The notes below the pieces were generated by a model. The model searched no databases, was not told the DNA's origin, and was given only the letters and a program-made list of their open reading frames with translations. This document shows positions 36,294 through 45,821 of a stretch of DNA of 64,000 bases, one piece after another (within the stretch, counting starts at the first letter, position 1; every line of letters begins with the position of its first letter). The stretch lies in the sequence record OP172790. The stretch is one strand, 5' to 3'. Position numbers and translations under genes: made by a program. The DNA comes from Escherichia phage ECO319P1.

Positions 36294-36731
36294 ATGGCAA
36301 GAAAGTTTAAGAAGCGCTATGCACCAAAGAAGCAGAATCTAATCAAGGGAACACCTTATGATTCACTGTTCGAGAAGGAAATTCACGAGAGGCTCCTTCA
36401 AGACGCACGTTTTCACGATAAATCGGATAGAGTTGACTATAAAGTTCCCCATTATTACGAACCCGACTTCGTGCTTGAAAAGGACGGTAAGACCTTTTAT
36501 ATTGAGACGAAAGGGAGATTTCGTGATTCGAGCGAGGCTAGGAAATATCTATTTGTTCGGGAGAATTTGCCGGAAGATGCAGAGCTAGTCTTCATTTGGG
36601 AGAAAGCCAACACTGTATTCCCGTTCGCTAAGAAGCGCAAAGACGGAACTAAGGCGACTCACGGAGAGTGGGCAGACAAGAATGGTTTTCGTAATTGGGT
36701 ACAGACGGAGTTTACAGTGGAGAAATTATGA
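36294..36731 (+). CDS. endonuclease I (Holliday junction resolvase, T7 gp3-like)
   Basis: GGAGG RBS; YEPDFVLEKDGKTFYIETKG parallels T7 endonuclease I YTPDFLLPNGIFVETKG. Confidence 0.8.
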   Translation: MARKFKKRYAPKKQNLIKGTPYDSLFEKEIHERLLQDARFHDKSDRVDYKVPHYYEPDFVLEKDGKTFYIETKGRFRDSSEARKYLFVRENLPEDAELVFIWEKANTVFPFAKKRKDGTKATHGEWADKNGFRNWVQTEFTVEKL

Positions 36732-37171
36732 TTAAATATATTGTCGCTGTTCTTGCAATAGTGGCATCATACACAGGGACATTCTATCTGGGAGTAAGTC
36801 ACGGTGTGATTGAAACTCAGAATGGGATGTTAAAGAAGAATACTGAACAGTTAGAAGATTTGATTTCTAATGTTCAAACAGTTGACACGAAACTGAATAA
36901 CAATGCTATGGTTCAAGAAGAAATCAAAGCGAAGCTCAGTTTGAGACAGAATGAAGTAACGAAGGAGGTTATTAAATATGCTCAAAGGCCTGATGCTAAC
37001 GATGTTGTGCTTGATGATGATTGGGTGCGGGTCTACAACGATTCCAACGCCTCAGCAGGAACCGGAGATACCAGTTCCAGCCAAGTACAAGGTCAAACCG
37101 GAAGAGCCAGTAGCGATGCCTCTAAGCCCCTCAAAATTGAAGTCTCTGGAAGTAGTAAAGGACAACAATGA
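36728..37171 (+). CDS. Rz: i-spanin (Rz-like)
   Basis: N-terminal TM helix then helical periplasmic domain; ATG overlaps endonuclease stop (ATGA); contains embedded Rz1 frame. Confidence 0.6.
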   Translation: MIKYIVAVLAIVASYTGTFYLGVSHGVIETQNGMLKKNTEQLEDLISNVQTVDTKLNNNAMVQEEIKAKLSLRQNEVTKEVIKYAQRPDANDVVLDDDWVRVYNDSNASAGTGDTSSSQVQGQTGRASSDASKPLKIEVSGSSKGQQ

Positions 37172-37247
37172 TGCTTGGGCACGGCTGAGACAGCGATATC
37201 TTGATTTGCTCGAATGGACTGAATCTGTTAAGCATACCAGAAAATAA
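36978..37247 (+). CDS. Rz1: o-spanin (Rz1-like outer membrane lipoprotein), embedded in +1 frame of Rz
   Basis: Strong AAGGAGG RBS; signal peptide with lipobox MIGC; Pro-rich; starts inside Rz and extends past it. Confidence 0.65.
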   Translation: MLKGLMLTMLCLMMIGCGSTTIPTPQQEPEIPVPAKYKVKPEEPVAMPLSPSKLKSLEVVKDNNDAWARLRQRYLDLLEWTESVKHTRK

Positions 37248-37249
37248 GA

Positions 37250-37268
37250 AAGGGGCGCAATGCCCCTA
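37250..37268. terminator. bidirectional terminator between convergent transcription units
   Basis: GGGGC / GCCCC hairpin flanked by A-rich tract upstream and T-rich tract downstream, between plus-strand Rz1 and minus-strand 1304-aa gene. Confidence 0.6.
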
Positions 37269-37273
37269 TTCTT

Positions 37274-40200
37274 TTATTTAATGTCTGGTGCATCAATACC
37301 AAACTCACCAATTGCCCCTTCCCCAATCGTAGCGGCTTTCTGACGTTTACGCTCCTCAGCCATCAATTCTTTCAACTTCTTAGTTGTGTGAACAACCATA
37401 TCAGAAGTATTACTCGAACCAAACACTGCAAGACGAGCACGAACACCCAAATCACCCATATACGTTGAAGTCTGGTCAGGACGACGTTTCAATGCATCAT
37501 TAACTGCTCGCATATCAGACTGAGACAACCACAGGTCTGGATTGTTAGGGAACTCTTCTTTACGTTTTAGTGCATCACGAATCGCATCACGGGTCAGGCG
37601 AATTGCTTTCGCATCATCACGAAGACCTACACGGTTCAGACTACCTGCCAACGTATTAACAGAGGTATCAAACATCTGATAACCAATGTCAGAAGTAGAA
37701 CTCAGGTTTTCAGGAATATTGTTAACCAGAGCCTCAGAGATAGCACCCACTTCATCTGGATTCTTACCCTTCATCTCAGCTTCAATAGCTTTCTTCATAC
37801 TCTCTTCCACATTCCCACCTTTCACCTCAGCCTTGTCGATAGCTTCATTGAGTTTAGCTTCATCAGCTTTCTTCTTCGCAGCTTCCATACGTTCAGCTTT
37901 GGCTTTAGCTTTTTCCTGAGCAAGTTCAACACGACGAGTCTGAGCATCATTTGCTTTCTTAACATTATCACGGAACAACTCAAGGTTATTCACCTGACGA
38001 CGCCAGTTAGCAACTTCAGTAGGCTGTGCCGTATTTGGCTTAGCAAGAGCAGCTTGTAAGGCTTCCAGTTCATTATCAATGTAGCTGTGCATTTTATTCA
38101 TGACACTCTTCATGCCAGAATCACTCAGGCCTACACCTTTGTTACCACGATTACGAGTACGTGTAGCTTTCTCGATTTCCTGACGGATTTCACGAGGAAT
38201 TGAAACATTACCTTCACCATCTACAAACAGGTCACGAGCATATTCATTCAACTCATTGTAACTGTCTTGAGCAGTTGGTTTTGGTTTAGCCTCTGGCTTA
38301 GCAGCTTTTGACTTAGTTTCAGTCTTAGCTGGAGCTTCCTCAGCGAGCAAACGCTTAACAAAGTTACCAACCTGACGAGCAGTATACATCTGACCTTCTG
38401 GTGCATTATCCTCAGCCATACGTACAGCACGGGAGAACAATTCATCAGTAACCATGTCAGAAGCAGAACGCATATCAGTTTTAAGCTGTGCTACAGCCTC
38501 ATCACGCTGTTTAATTGTCTTGGCCTGAGTAGACTCTTCAACATTATCAACAACACGTTGAGCGGCTGCTTTCGCATCTTCTGCCAGCTTAACCTTATAC
38601 TCAGCAACAACAGAAGGCAGAGCCTCTTTAACACTGGAGTAACCACGCTCTTCCATTGTACGAGTCAGAGCATCCATACCACCGTGATAGTCGATAGCAG
38701 CATAAATACCTTGTTCAGAGATACCTGAGTTTGGCTGTGCAGCATAACGTTTGATGTTCTGCTCAGTGCTTTCACGGAACTCTTTAGCTTTACGCCATTC
38801 TGGAGTACGTGGCATTGCAGAAGAAACATCTTTGTTACGAACTTTTGAGAACTCAGCTTCACGTTGTTTCAGTGGTAGCATTACCTTCTCTTTATAGTCC
38901 ACAGGTTCGCTAGGAGCCTCTGTACGGGCTTCTGGAGCTTCGGTAGTAGAAGTGCCTTCTGTAGCGGCTGGAGCTTCTTGTGGAGCCTCTGGTGCAGTCT
39001 CAACAGGTTCTTCTGCTGGAGCACGACGCTGAGAATCAACACGAGCATCCTGAGCCATCTGTTCTTGACGAGCAGCACGTTCAGCAGCTACCACTTCTGG
39101 GTCAACTACAGGCTCATTCACAGGCGCTTCACGGCTTGGAGTACGTGCCATAGTATCATCCATAGGTGCACGAGGTGTTGGCTCTACAGGAGCTTCTACA
39201 GGCGTTTCTACAGGTGCTACAGGTTCTACTGGAGCAGTTTCCATTGGAGCAGTCGTATCTGCTGGGTTGATACCCATATCACGCAGGTTATTAGCTGCTT
39301 CATCAGCGGCTGCTGCTGTGTTACCTTGTTCCAAATGTTCCTGCATACGTGCTTGAGAAGTATTCTGTGCATTTTCGATGAATTCATCAGCCTCAGAACG
39401 TGCTTGGTCAAACGCCTTACGATTACGCATAGGGCGGAGTGCACCACGAGCCAGACGGGTTACTGTACGTACTGGAGGAAGGCCAAACTTCATCAGGAGA
39501 GCATCAGAAGCTAAATCACCAGCAACAGCACCTTTACTATTCTCTTTACCTTCCTGTTTCAGAGTATTTGGATTATACTCATGAATACTTGGATTCTGCG
39601 CATGGAATACATCAGAGTAAGTATAAGCTGCTTTTGCAGTCTTAACAGGGTTGAATGCAGTACCATCAAAGTTTTTCAGGTCTTTCAGCATACCAACTTC
39701 ATTCAAAGCTCGCATTAGGGTGATAGAGTTGTTACGAAGTGAACCATCATCTAGTTTATGCAAAGATTTACCAGAAGAGTATTTACTAATACCATCATCC
39801 AAGGCTTTAGCAGCATTCAGTGCAACGTTATAGTTAGGGTCAATACGACCATCAGAATATAGAGAACTGTTTTTATCCTGAATTAAGTTAGTCAGGTTGT
39901 TACGAAGAGAACGAATAGGAGACAGAATCTCAGCATAACCTTCATCGAAAGAGTTACGGAGGTTTTTCATCTGAATTTCAGAGTTATAACCTTGTTCTTT
40001 AGCTTTCTCTTTACCGAACATCAATGGAGACATATCAGCGTACAGAGTACCACCTGCCTGTTCCAATTCACGCTCTGATTTACCCATAATATCACGGGCT
40101 AAGTTACGACCACCAACTTCCACATCCATTGCTTTAGCAGTTAATGGAGCACCTTTACGCTGAGCAAGAGCCAAAGCTGAGAGGGCTGCATCATCTGCAC

Positions 40201-41188
40201 CTGCCGCACTCATAGACACATCAACCATATCATTGATTTTTGCACTAGAGTCTGCTGTGATTGGCATATCCATCAATTCATTGAACTGGTTACCATATTC
40301 GTTAGCATGCTCTGCTGCGTTGTTACCAAAGTCTGAATGAACACCACCAGTTTCCTGATTGATTACATTCACATCACTCTGAACACGACGACCATCATCA
40401 TTGATTGGTCGCTGGAAACGCTGAGCAAAACCACCCATATTACGGGCTGCCATATTAGCACCATGTAAACCAGCACCTGCAACAGCACCAATACCAAATG
40501 CTTCACCTACGTTTTCGTCCCAAGGACGACCCATAGCGATGTTCTGATAAGCTGTCATAGCTGCGTTACTTGAACCAGCCTGTGCTGCCTGAGCACCTAA
40601 TTCACCTGCCACACGAGCAGTAGGACGGGTCAGACCACGAGCAATATTAACACCTTTACTTGCCAGACCTGCTGTAGCATAGTCTGTAACACCAGATGCA
40701 ATACCAGTCGTTAATGCGTTACCCATGTCGTAATTCTGACCAGCTTCCTGCTGTTGAGCAAGAGTATCTGCTGTTGCCAGACCACCAAGAGCCACAGCAC
40801 CTGCTTCTGGAGCCGCAATACCCGCTGCAACTACTGGAGCATAAGTACCAACATCAGCCGCAAAACCTGAAATAGTACCTAATTTACTACGCTCTTGCTG
40901 GTACTCTTTACTTGCAATTTTAGCTTTAGCCAGTTCATAGTCAGACGCATCTTGGTCTGTTACAGTGGCTGCTAGTACGTTACGACCCATACGTGACCAA
41001 CCAGACGTCATAGTGTCCCAGATGGAACCATCATCTGCTGGCTGTGCTTGAGGAGCTTCTTGAGGGGCTTGCTGAGGGGCTGGAGTATCACTATAACCGT
41101 TTTGGTTGTTAATGTACTCAATCATCTGGTCTTGAGACGTTCCTTCCGGGAAGTTGTAAGTCTGACCATTAAAAGTAGCACTAGGCAT
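37274..41188 (-). CDS. large internal virion / ejection protein (1304 aa)
   Basis: AAGGAG RBS; last and largest gene of minus-strand virion operon; Gly/Ala-rich N-region, Pro-rich repeat linker, long helical region. Confidence 0.6.
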   Translation of the reverse strand: MPSATFNGQTYNFPEGTSQDQMIEYINNQNGYSDTPAPQQAPQEAPQAQPADDGSIWDTMTSGWSRMGRNVLAATVTDQDASDYELAKAKIASKEYQQERSKLGTISGFAADVGTYAPVVAAGIAAPEAGAVALGGLATADTLAQQQEAGQNYDMGNALTTGIASGVTDYATAGLASKGVNIARGLTRPTARVAGELGAQAAQAGSSNAAMTAYQNIAMGRPWDENVGEAFGIGAVAGAGLHGANMAARNMGGFAQRFQRPINDDGRRVQSDVNVINQETGGVHSDFGNNAAEHANEYGNQFNELMDMPITADSSAKINDMVDVSMSAAGADDAALSALALAQRKGAPLTAKAMDVEVGGRNLARDIMGKSERELEQAGGTLYADMSPLMFGKEKAKEQGYNSEIQMKNLRNSFDEGYAEILSPIRSLRNNLTNLIQDKNSSLYSDGRIDPNYNVALNAAKALDDGISKYSSGKSLHKLDDGSLRNNSITLMRALNEVGMLKDLKNFDGTAFNPVKTAKAAYTYSDVFHAQNPSIHEYNPNTLKQEGKENSKGAVAGDLASDALLMKFGLPPVRTVTRLARGALRPMRNRKAFDQARSEADEFIENAQNTSQARMQEHLEQGNTAAAADEAANNLRDMGINPADTTAPMETAPVEPVAPVETPVEAPVEPTPRAPMDDTMARTPSREAPVNEPVVDPEVVAAERAARQEQMAQDARVDSQRRAPAEEPVETAPEAPQEAPAATEGTSTTEAPEARTEAPSEPVDYKEKVMLPLKQREAEFSKVRNKDVSSAMPRTPEWRKAKEFRESTEQNIKRYAAQPNSGISEQGIYAAIDYHGGMDALTRTMEERGYSSVKEALPSVVAEYKVKLAEDAKAAAQRVVDNVEESTQAKTIKQRDEAVAQLKTDMRSASDMVTDELFSRAVRMAEDNAPEGQMYTARQVGNFVKRLLAEEAPAKTETKSKAAKPEAKPKPTAQDSYNELNEYARDLFVDGEGNVSIPREIRQEIEKATRTRNRGNKGVGLSDSGMKSVMNKMHSYIDNELEALQAALAKPNTAQPTEVANWRRQVNNLELFRDNVKKANDAQTRRVELAQEKAKAKAERMEAAKKKADEAKLNEAIDKAEVKGGNVEESMKKAIEAEMKGKNPDEVGAISEALVNNIPENLSSTSDIGYQMFDTSVNTLAGSLNRVGLRDDAKAIRLTRDAIRDALKRKEEFPNNPDLWLSQSDMRAVNDALKRRPDQTSTYMGDLGVRARLAVFGSSNTSDMVVHTTKKLKELMAEERKRQKAATIGEGAIGEFGIDAPDIK
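39183..39232. repeat. degenerate tandem repeats (TCTACAGG-like units) encoding PVE/PVA repeats
   Basis: Repeated CTACAGG units visible on plus strand; protein segment PVEPVAPVETPVEAPVEP. Confidence 0.6.
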
Positions 41189-41234
41189 GTTAATCTCCTT
41201 TGGAAGGGGCTGTTACACCCCTTTAGATTTTAGA

Positions 41235-42884
41235 TTAATGAAACGTCACGTTGTTACGAGACGCTTTTGGTTCCCAATTCCCGATACCAGAGCCATTAGC
41301 TTGGAACTTAACTGCTGCACGAGCACGGTCGGCACCAATCTTAGGAATAAGGTTTTCGTACATTGACTGAAGGTTGTCAACAACAACTTGGTGTTCAGTG
41401 TTGATACCACGGTTAGAAGATGCAATAGCACGTTCAATCTCACCAGAGGTAGGAGCACCACGTACACCACGAACAACTGCGTTAGAAGCCTGACCCCACC
41501 AAGTACGTGGGCCTGCAATATCAGACGCATCATGACGGTCGATTTTACCCAAACCACCCTGCATTGCTTTACCATATGATTCCTCATACTGGTCATAAGC
41601 TGCTGCTGCACCTGCGGTATCACCTGCTTCAAGTAACTGTTTCGCTTTCTGGGCTGCTTCTTGAGCAACTGCCATACGAGAACGTTTAAGGTTACTATCA
41701 TCGGTAAATTTCTTACCTTGCTGGAGAACCATACGTGCTTCTGGGTTTGTAATACCCCACTCTGGGTCTTCACCTGCTGCTGCCTGTTTAGCTGCATACT
41801 TCGATTTCTCAAAGTTGAGACGCTCACGAGACAGACCAAGCTGAGCATTAGAGTTCGCAATTGAGTTACGAATCTGCGCTTCAGTGAGAGCATCTTTACG
41901 CTGTTCACGACCAAGCTGATACTGACGCATTTCAGGAGAACCTTCGTACAGTGCATTATCAAGCTGCTGCATCTGGAGTCTCTGCTGAATCATCTTCATC
42001 TGTTTCTCTTGTGGAGAAGTCAGAACTTTAGAATCACCAGTACGTTTCCACTCTTCGATTTCAACAGGGTCATAGCCTTGCTTAGCCAAATCTTCAGCCC
42101 AATAGCTTCGACGTTCTTCACCATACATCTGGTTGAACGCTTCACCTGCTGCACCAAAAGATGTTGCCAAATCATTACCGCTTAACAGGTTCAGACCAAA
42201 AGAGATAAGACCCATGTTAAAAGAGTTAGATTTGTACCAAGCAGGAATCTTGTTCTGGTCAAAAGCAGCCTGTTTACCTTGAGCATTCAAATTCATATCC
42301 TGAACTTGAGTCTGAGTAGGAGGAGTTGGTAATGGTGTATTTACATTACCTGAGAAGCCACCAACACCTTTTGATTTATTTTCATTCAGTGCTGAGATGT
42401 GACCAACGGGGTCTTGACCTGCATCTGGGACTTGTTTATATCCCTGAGCCTGTAAATCAGCCTGTTTCTGCTGACTCTCTTGGATACCCGCTTGAATCTC
42501 ATTCTGCTTATCCTGTGCCTGAGTTGCTGGAGTACTTAAAGCACCTTGCATATCCTTTGCTTTATAGCTTTTATAAGCTGCAAGCTCCTCTGGAGAGGCT
42601 GGATACTGACCACCATGTTCTGCTGCATAATCACGTTCAGCCATAGAATCTGATACATAGTTTGCTGTTGGGCCGACTACATAATCAGACAATGGTTGAG
42701 CAACATACCTGTTTGTCAAATCATTTGCATATAAATACGCATCTTTAGGTACATTAAGAACAGCCTTACCAGCATCAATCAAGCTGTTAAGTGTAGACTT
42801 ACTATTAGAAGTCTGAGGGTTATAGTTACCAGAAATGGTATCAATCATACCACTTGCGGAAACACCATCATACATGCCAGCCAT
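41235..42884 (-). CDS. virion internal protein (hypothetical)
   Basis: AGGAGG RBS; ATG overlaps upstream stop (TAATG); Gln-rich. Confidence 0.6.
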   Translation of the reverse strand: MAGMYDGVSASGMIDTISGNYNPQTSNSKSTLNSLIDAGKAVLNVPKDAYLYANDLTNRYVAQPLSDYVVGPTANYVSDSMAERDYAAEHGGQYPASPEELAAYKSYKAKDMQGALSTPATQAQDKQNEIQAGIQESQQKQADLQAQGYKQVPDAGQDPVGHISALNENKSKGVGGFSGNVNTPLPTPPTQTQVQDMNLNAQGKQAAFDQNKIPAWYKSNSFNMGLISFGLNLLSGNDLATSFGAAGEAFNQMYGEERRSYWAEDLAKQGYDPVEIEEWKRTGDSKVLTSPQEKQMKMIQQRLQMQQLDNALYEGSPEMRQYQLGREQRKDALTEAQIRNSIANSNAQLGLSRERLNFEKSKYAAKQAAAGEDPEWGITNPEARMVLQQGKKFTDDSNLKRSRMAVAQEAAQKAKQLLEAGDTAGAAAAYDQYEESYGKAMQGGLGKIDRHDASDIAGPRTWWGQASNAVVRGVRGAPTSGEIERAIASSNRGINTEHQVVVDNLQSMYENLIPKIGADRARAAVKFQANGSGIGNWEPKASRNNVTFH

Positions 42885-43417
42885 TACTGACCTCCTTGCA
42901 TCTGAGCAGCCTGTTCAGGGGTAACACCCTCTGGAGGAACACCTTGAGGCTCCTGCTGCTGAGGTTGCTGACCTGAGAATTGGTTGATAATACCCATAAT
43001 CTGCTGCTGTTCTTGTTCTGCTTTTGCTTTTTCCATGAGAGGTTTCTCATTACGCTGGAAATGGGCAGCAGAGTCTTGTACAAACTGACGAAGACGTTGT
43101 TCAGCGATTGGCTGTGGCATATAACCCTGTTTAACCTGTTCACGAAGACCAGTGGCAAGCTGTGTTAATTCATCCATGACACCACCAAAATACGGGTCAT
43201 TCTGTTTGAAGTGGTCAAAGTTTTGATAGAAAGTAGATTCTTTATAGGAATTATCTTCTTCTGGCTTTGGTGACTGTCCCGTAGGAACACCACTTGGGGG
43301 TTGATTGGTTTGGGGACGATTGATAGGAAGGCCAGAAGCCTGAGCAATTTCGTCAGCACGTTGACGACGCTGAGCCTCTAGTTCTCCCATTCGTTCCAAA
43401 TAAGCATTAGTGGCCAT
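42884..43417 (-). CDS. virion protein (hypothetical)
   Basis: AAGGAG RBS, ATG start, Gln/Pro-rich. Confidence 0.55.
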   Translation of the reverse strand: MATNAYLERMGELEAQRRQRADEIAQASGLPINRPQTNQPPSGVPTGQSPKPEEDNSYKESTFYQNFDHFKQNDPYFGGVMDELTQLATGLREQVKQGYMPQPIAEQRLRQFVQDSAAHFQRNEKPLMEKAKAEQEQQQIMGIINQFSGQQPQQQEPQGVPPEGVTPEQAAQMQGGQ

Positions 43418-43427
43418 CTAATTCTCC

Positions 43428-44276
43428 TTATTTGATTCTTAACGGGGAATACATTGGTTGACTATAAATATCATTCATAGTTCTAGTTAGTAGCTGATTT
43501 TCCATTTTATTACCACGGAAGTTGGCCCTGTACGCTGGAGCAAGTTGTGGGGCACTAACACGCTGCTGTTCTTGCTCATTTGGTTTCACACTATTAATAA
43601 CACGAGAAACCTGACTCCAAGTATTTGGGTCACTTAGTGCAGAACCACTAGAAGCACCAGTTGATGTAGGAACAGTGCCAAGAGCGCTTGCGGATGCTGG
43701 AGCACTTGCTGCACCATAAGTACCACCTGATGCTGCTGCACCTTGAGTTGTTAACATAGCAGGCGTGAAAGAAGATGCACCAGCAGTAGAACCAGCAGCA
43801 CCGACACCAGCATGACCCATGCTAAGCAAAGACGAGGTTGCTGGCGCTGAGCTTGCCAATGCACCACCTGTGGTAGAAACACCACCGGCTGCTGTAGGAG
43901 CCATATAAGCACCTGCACCCACACCGCCAACTGCACTAGCACCTGTACCTGCTGCTCCAGCACCACCCGCCCCTGCTGCACCTGCCGTACCAGCAGCACC
44001 CGCACCATAAGCACCAGCCGCAGCCCAACCACCAAAGATTGTACCAACAACTGCTGCTGCTGTTTCTTGTGGGTGTTTACCTACCCAACCACCAATCCCA
44101 CCCTTACCAAGCATCTGACTATCATTTCGCTCGTTCTGACCCGGAATCTTCTTCAGCGTATCAAAACCATGCTTTGGGTCTTTGATAATATCACGAGTTA
44201 CTTGAAAAGGTTGTTCAATAAGTTCACCTGCACGATGAATACCACCTTTAAACAGACCACCTAAATCGAATCCCAT
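43428..44276 (-). CDS. Gly/Ala-rich virion protein (hypothetical)
   Basis: GGAGG RBS 6 nt before ATG at 44276 (track start 44288 is TTG); long G/A/T low-complexity core. Confidence 0.55.
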   Translation of the reverse strand: MGFDLGGLFKGGIHRAGELIEQPFQVTRDIIKDPKHGFDTLKKIPGQNERNDSQMLGKGGIGGWVGKHPQETAAAVVGTIFGGWAAAGAYGAGAAGTAGAAGAGGAGAAGTGASAVGGVGAGAYMAPTAAGGVSTTGGALASSAPATSSLLSMGHAGVGAAGSTAGASSFTPAMLTTQGAAASGGTYGAASAPASASALGTVPTSTGASSGSALSDPNTWSQVSRVINSVKPNEQEQQRVSAPQLAPAYRANFRGNKMENQLLTRTMNDIYSQPMYSPLRIK

Positions 44277-44286
44277 TATAACCTCC

Positions 44287-44306
44287 AAAAGAGGGCCGAA
44301 GCCCCC
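44287..44306 (-). terminator. intra-operon terminator/attenuator hairpin
   Basis: On minus strand GGGC-UUCG-GCCC followed by TCTTTTGG, directly after stop of upstream gene. Confidence 0.4.
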
Positions 44307-44309
44307 TTA

Positions 44310-45542
44310 TTATTTGCGTTTACGTTTACTGTTCTTAGGTTTGACACCGACTTTATCGTAGTCAACTGCGAGAGCACCAGTTTTCTTGTCTTTAACAACA
44401 GCTTCAGGTTTGTCCTTCATGACCTGCTGAGCAAGTACGCCAGAACCCTTACCTTTCATGCCTTGTTTCTTACCAGATTCGTTCCACTCCCAATCATACG
44501 TTGAAGTACCATCAGCAGTTTCACCAGTTTTCTTCACATTCTTCTTCATAGAAGCATCTGACCACCAACCAGCTTGAGCACCAGCACCGATAACACCAGC
44601 ACCAGTAGAAGCAGCGCCAAGAATGTTACCAAACATACCACCACCGCCACCAGAAGCTGTAGTCTTACCAGTGGAGTTGGAAGTACCACCCATCCCACCA
44701 ATAGAACCAACCATATTCAGGTAGTTCTGTAGGTTCTGCCAACCAGCCTGAGATTGACCGTACTGGTTGAAGTAATCATTCAGTGCCTTGTTCTGCTCTT
44801 GAGTCTGACCAATGTTAGCTGCACCAAACTGGTTTTCAAGCATCTGTTGATAGATACTCTGGCTCCCCGCTGCAAGTTGGCCCTGATTCATACCTAACTG
44901 ACCAAGAGAGTTGGCAGCATTCAAATTAGTCTGCTGATTACCCTGCAAAGTGCCAAGAGCTTGGTTATAAGCATTAGTACGAGCAGTATTCTGAATATCA
45001 GCAGTACCTTTCGCTAATGCCTCGTTAGCTTTACCAGACATTACACCCTGAGCAACACCGGCACGAGAAGAACCCATATTACCAGATGCTGTAGCCTGCT
45101 GGTTGAGCTGATTAACCTGACCCTCGTATGCCTGATTTACATCTTGAGCAAGTTGTGCAGTCTGTGATTTTACAGTGTCACTGTCATACAACTGACCTGC
45201 AAGTTCATTAACCTGCTGACCTGTAATACCACCTGAAGTCATACCACCAAGTGCATTTGATGCATTATTGACGTTAGAAGCACCACTAGAAGTGATATTA
45301 TTAATCTGGTTTGCAACATTCTGCAAGTTACCAGAGCTAGCCATATTCTGTAGGGCACTTTTCATATCGTCTGTCAAATCTGGATAGTTTTTATCAATCC
45401 AGTTACCATCAAGACCACCAGTTTTCTCATACTCTTTTTGAGCTTCTGAAAGAATATCTTTTAGCTGGTCTTGGGCAGGTGCCCACGGATTATTCTCGGT
45501 CTTGGACTCGGTTTTCTGAGTCTGGGATTTTTTCTTACCCAT
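44310..45542 (-). CDS. virion protein (hypothetical, Asn/Gln-rich)
   Basis: AAGGAG RBS before ATG 45542 (track start 45548 is TTG). Confidence 0.6.
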   Translation of the reverse strand: MGKKKSQTQKTESKTENNPWAPAQDQLKDILSEAQKEYEKTGGLDGNWIDKNYPDLTDDMKSALQNMASSGNLQNVANQINNITSSGASNVNNASNALGGMTSGGITGQQVNELAGQLYDSDTVKSQTAQLAQDVNQAYEGQVNQLNQQATASGNMGSSRAGVAQGVMSGKANEALAKGTADIQNTARTNAYNQALGTLQGNQQTNLNAANSLGQLGMNQGQLAAGSQSIYQQMLENQFGAANIGQTQEQNKALNDYFNQYGQSQAGWQNLQNYLNMVGSIGGMGGTSNSTGKTTASGGGGGMFGNILGAASTGAGVIGAGAQAGWWSDASMKKNVKKTGETADGTSTYDWEWNESGKKQGMKGKGSGVLAQQVMKDKPEAVVKDKKTGALAVDYDKVGVKPKNSKRKRK

Positions 45543-45554
45543 TTTCAATTCTCC

Positions 45555-45821
45555 TTATTTCTGGTCTGGATATGGAAGTACAATCGGTGGCTTACCAGAT
45601 GCAACCAGAAGTACGTTAACGTTATCCACGATGATATTAATCGAGTTAGTAACCCAAATGAGAGCCTGAGAAATACTCTCAAACTCCCTGTCAAGGTCAC
45701 GTTTAAAATGATTTTCATCAAGGAACAGTGGTTTATAGATACGATAGGGTTGCTTTGTACGGTCAACCGCTGTAGTATCTGCATAGGCATATAAAGCTGC
45801 CCTTGAGTTTGTAGGTGTCAT
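45555..45821 (-). CDS. hypothetical protein
   Basis: ATG overlaps upstream stop (TAATG). Confidence 0.5.
   Translation of the reverse strand: MTPTNSRAALYAYADTTAVDRTKQPYRIYKPLFLDENHFKRDLDREFESISQALIWVTNSINIIVDNVNVLLVASGKPPIVLPYPDQK

Noticed and set aside
15722-37247. Single-subunit (T7-type) RNA polymerase gene
   Set aside because: No ORF of suitable size (over 800 aa) on the plus strand; the only long ORFs are NrdD, the DNA polymerase and the GATase-like protein, none with RNA polymerase motifs
38978-39514. 178-aa plus-strand ORF inside the 1304-aa virion protein gene (and similar plus-strand ORFs throughout 37-62 kb)
   Set aside because: Cys/Ser/Trp-rich translations typical of antisense frames of a repetitive gene; the whole block is a minus-strand operon with RBS-supported starts
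41195-41230. GGGG...CCCC hairpin between the 549-aa and 1304-aa virion genes as a terminator
   Set aside because: No T-tract on the transcribed (minus) strand and it overlaps the RBS of the downstream gene; more likely just mRNA structure
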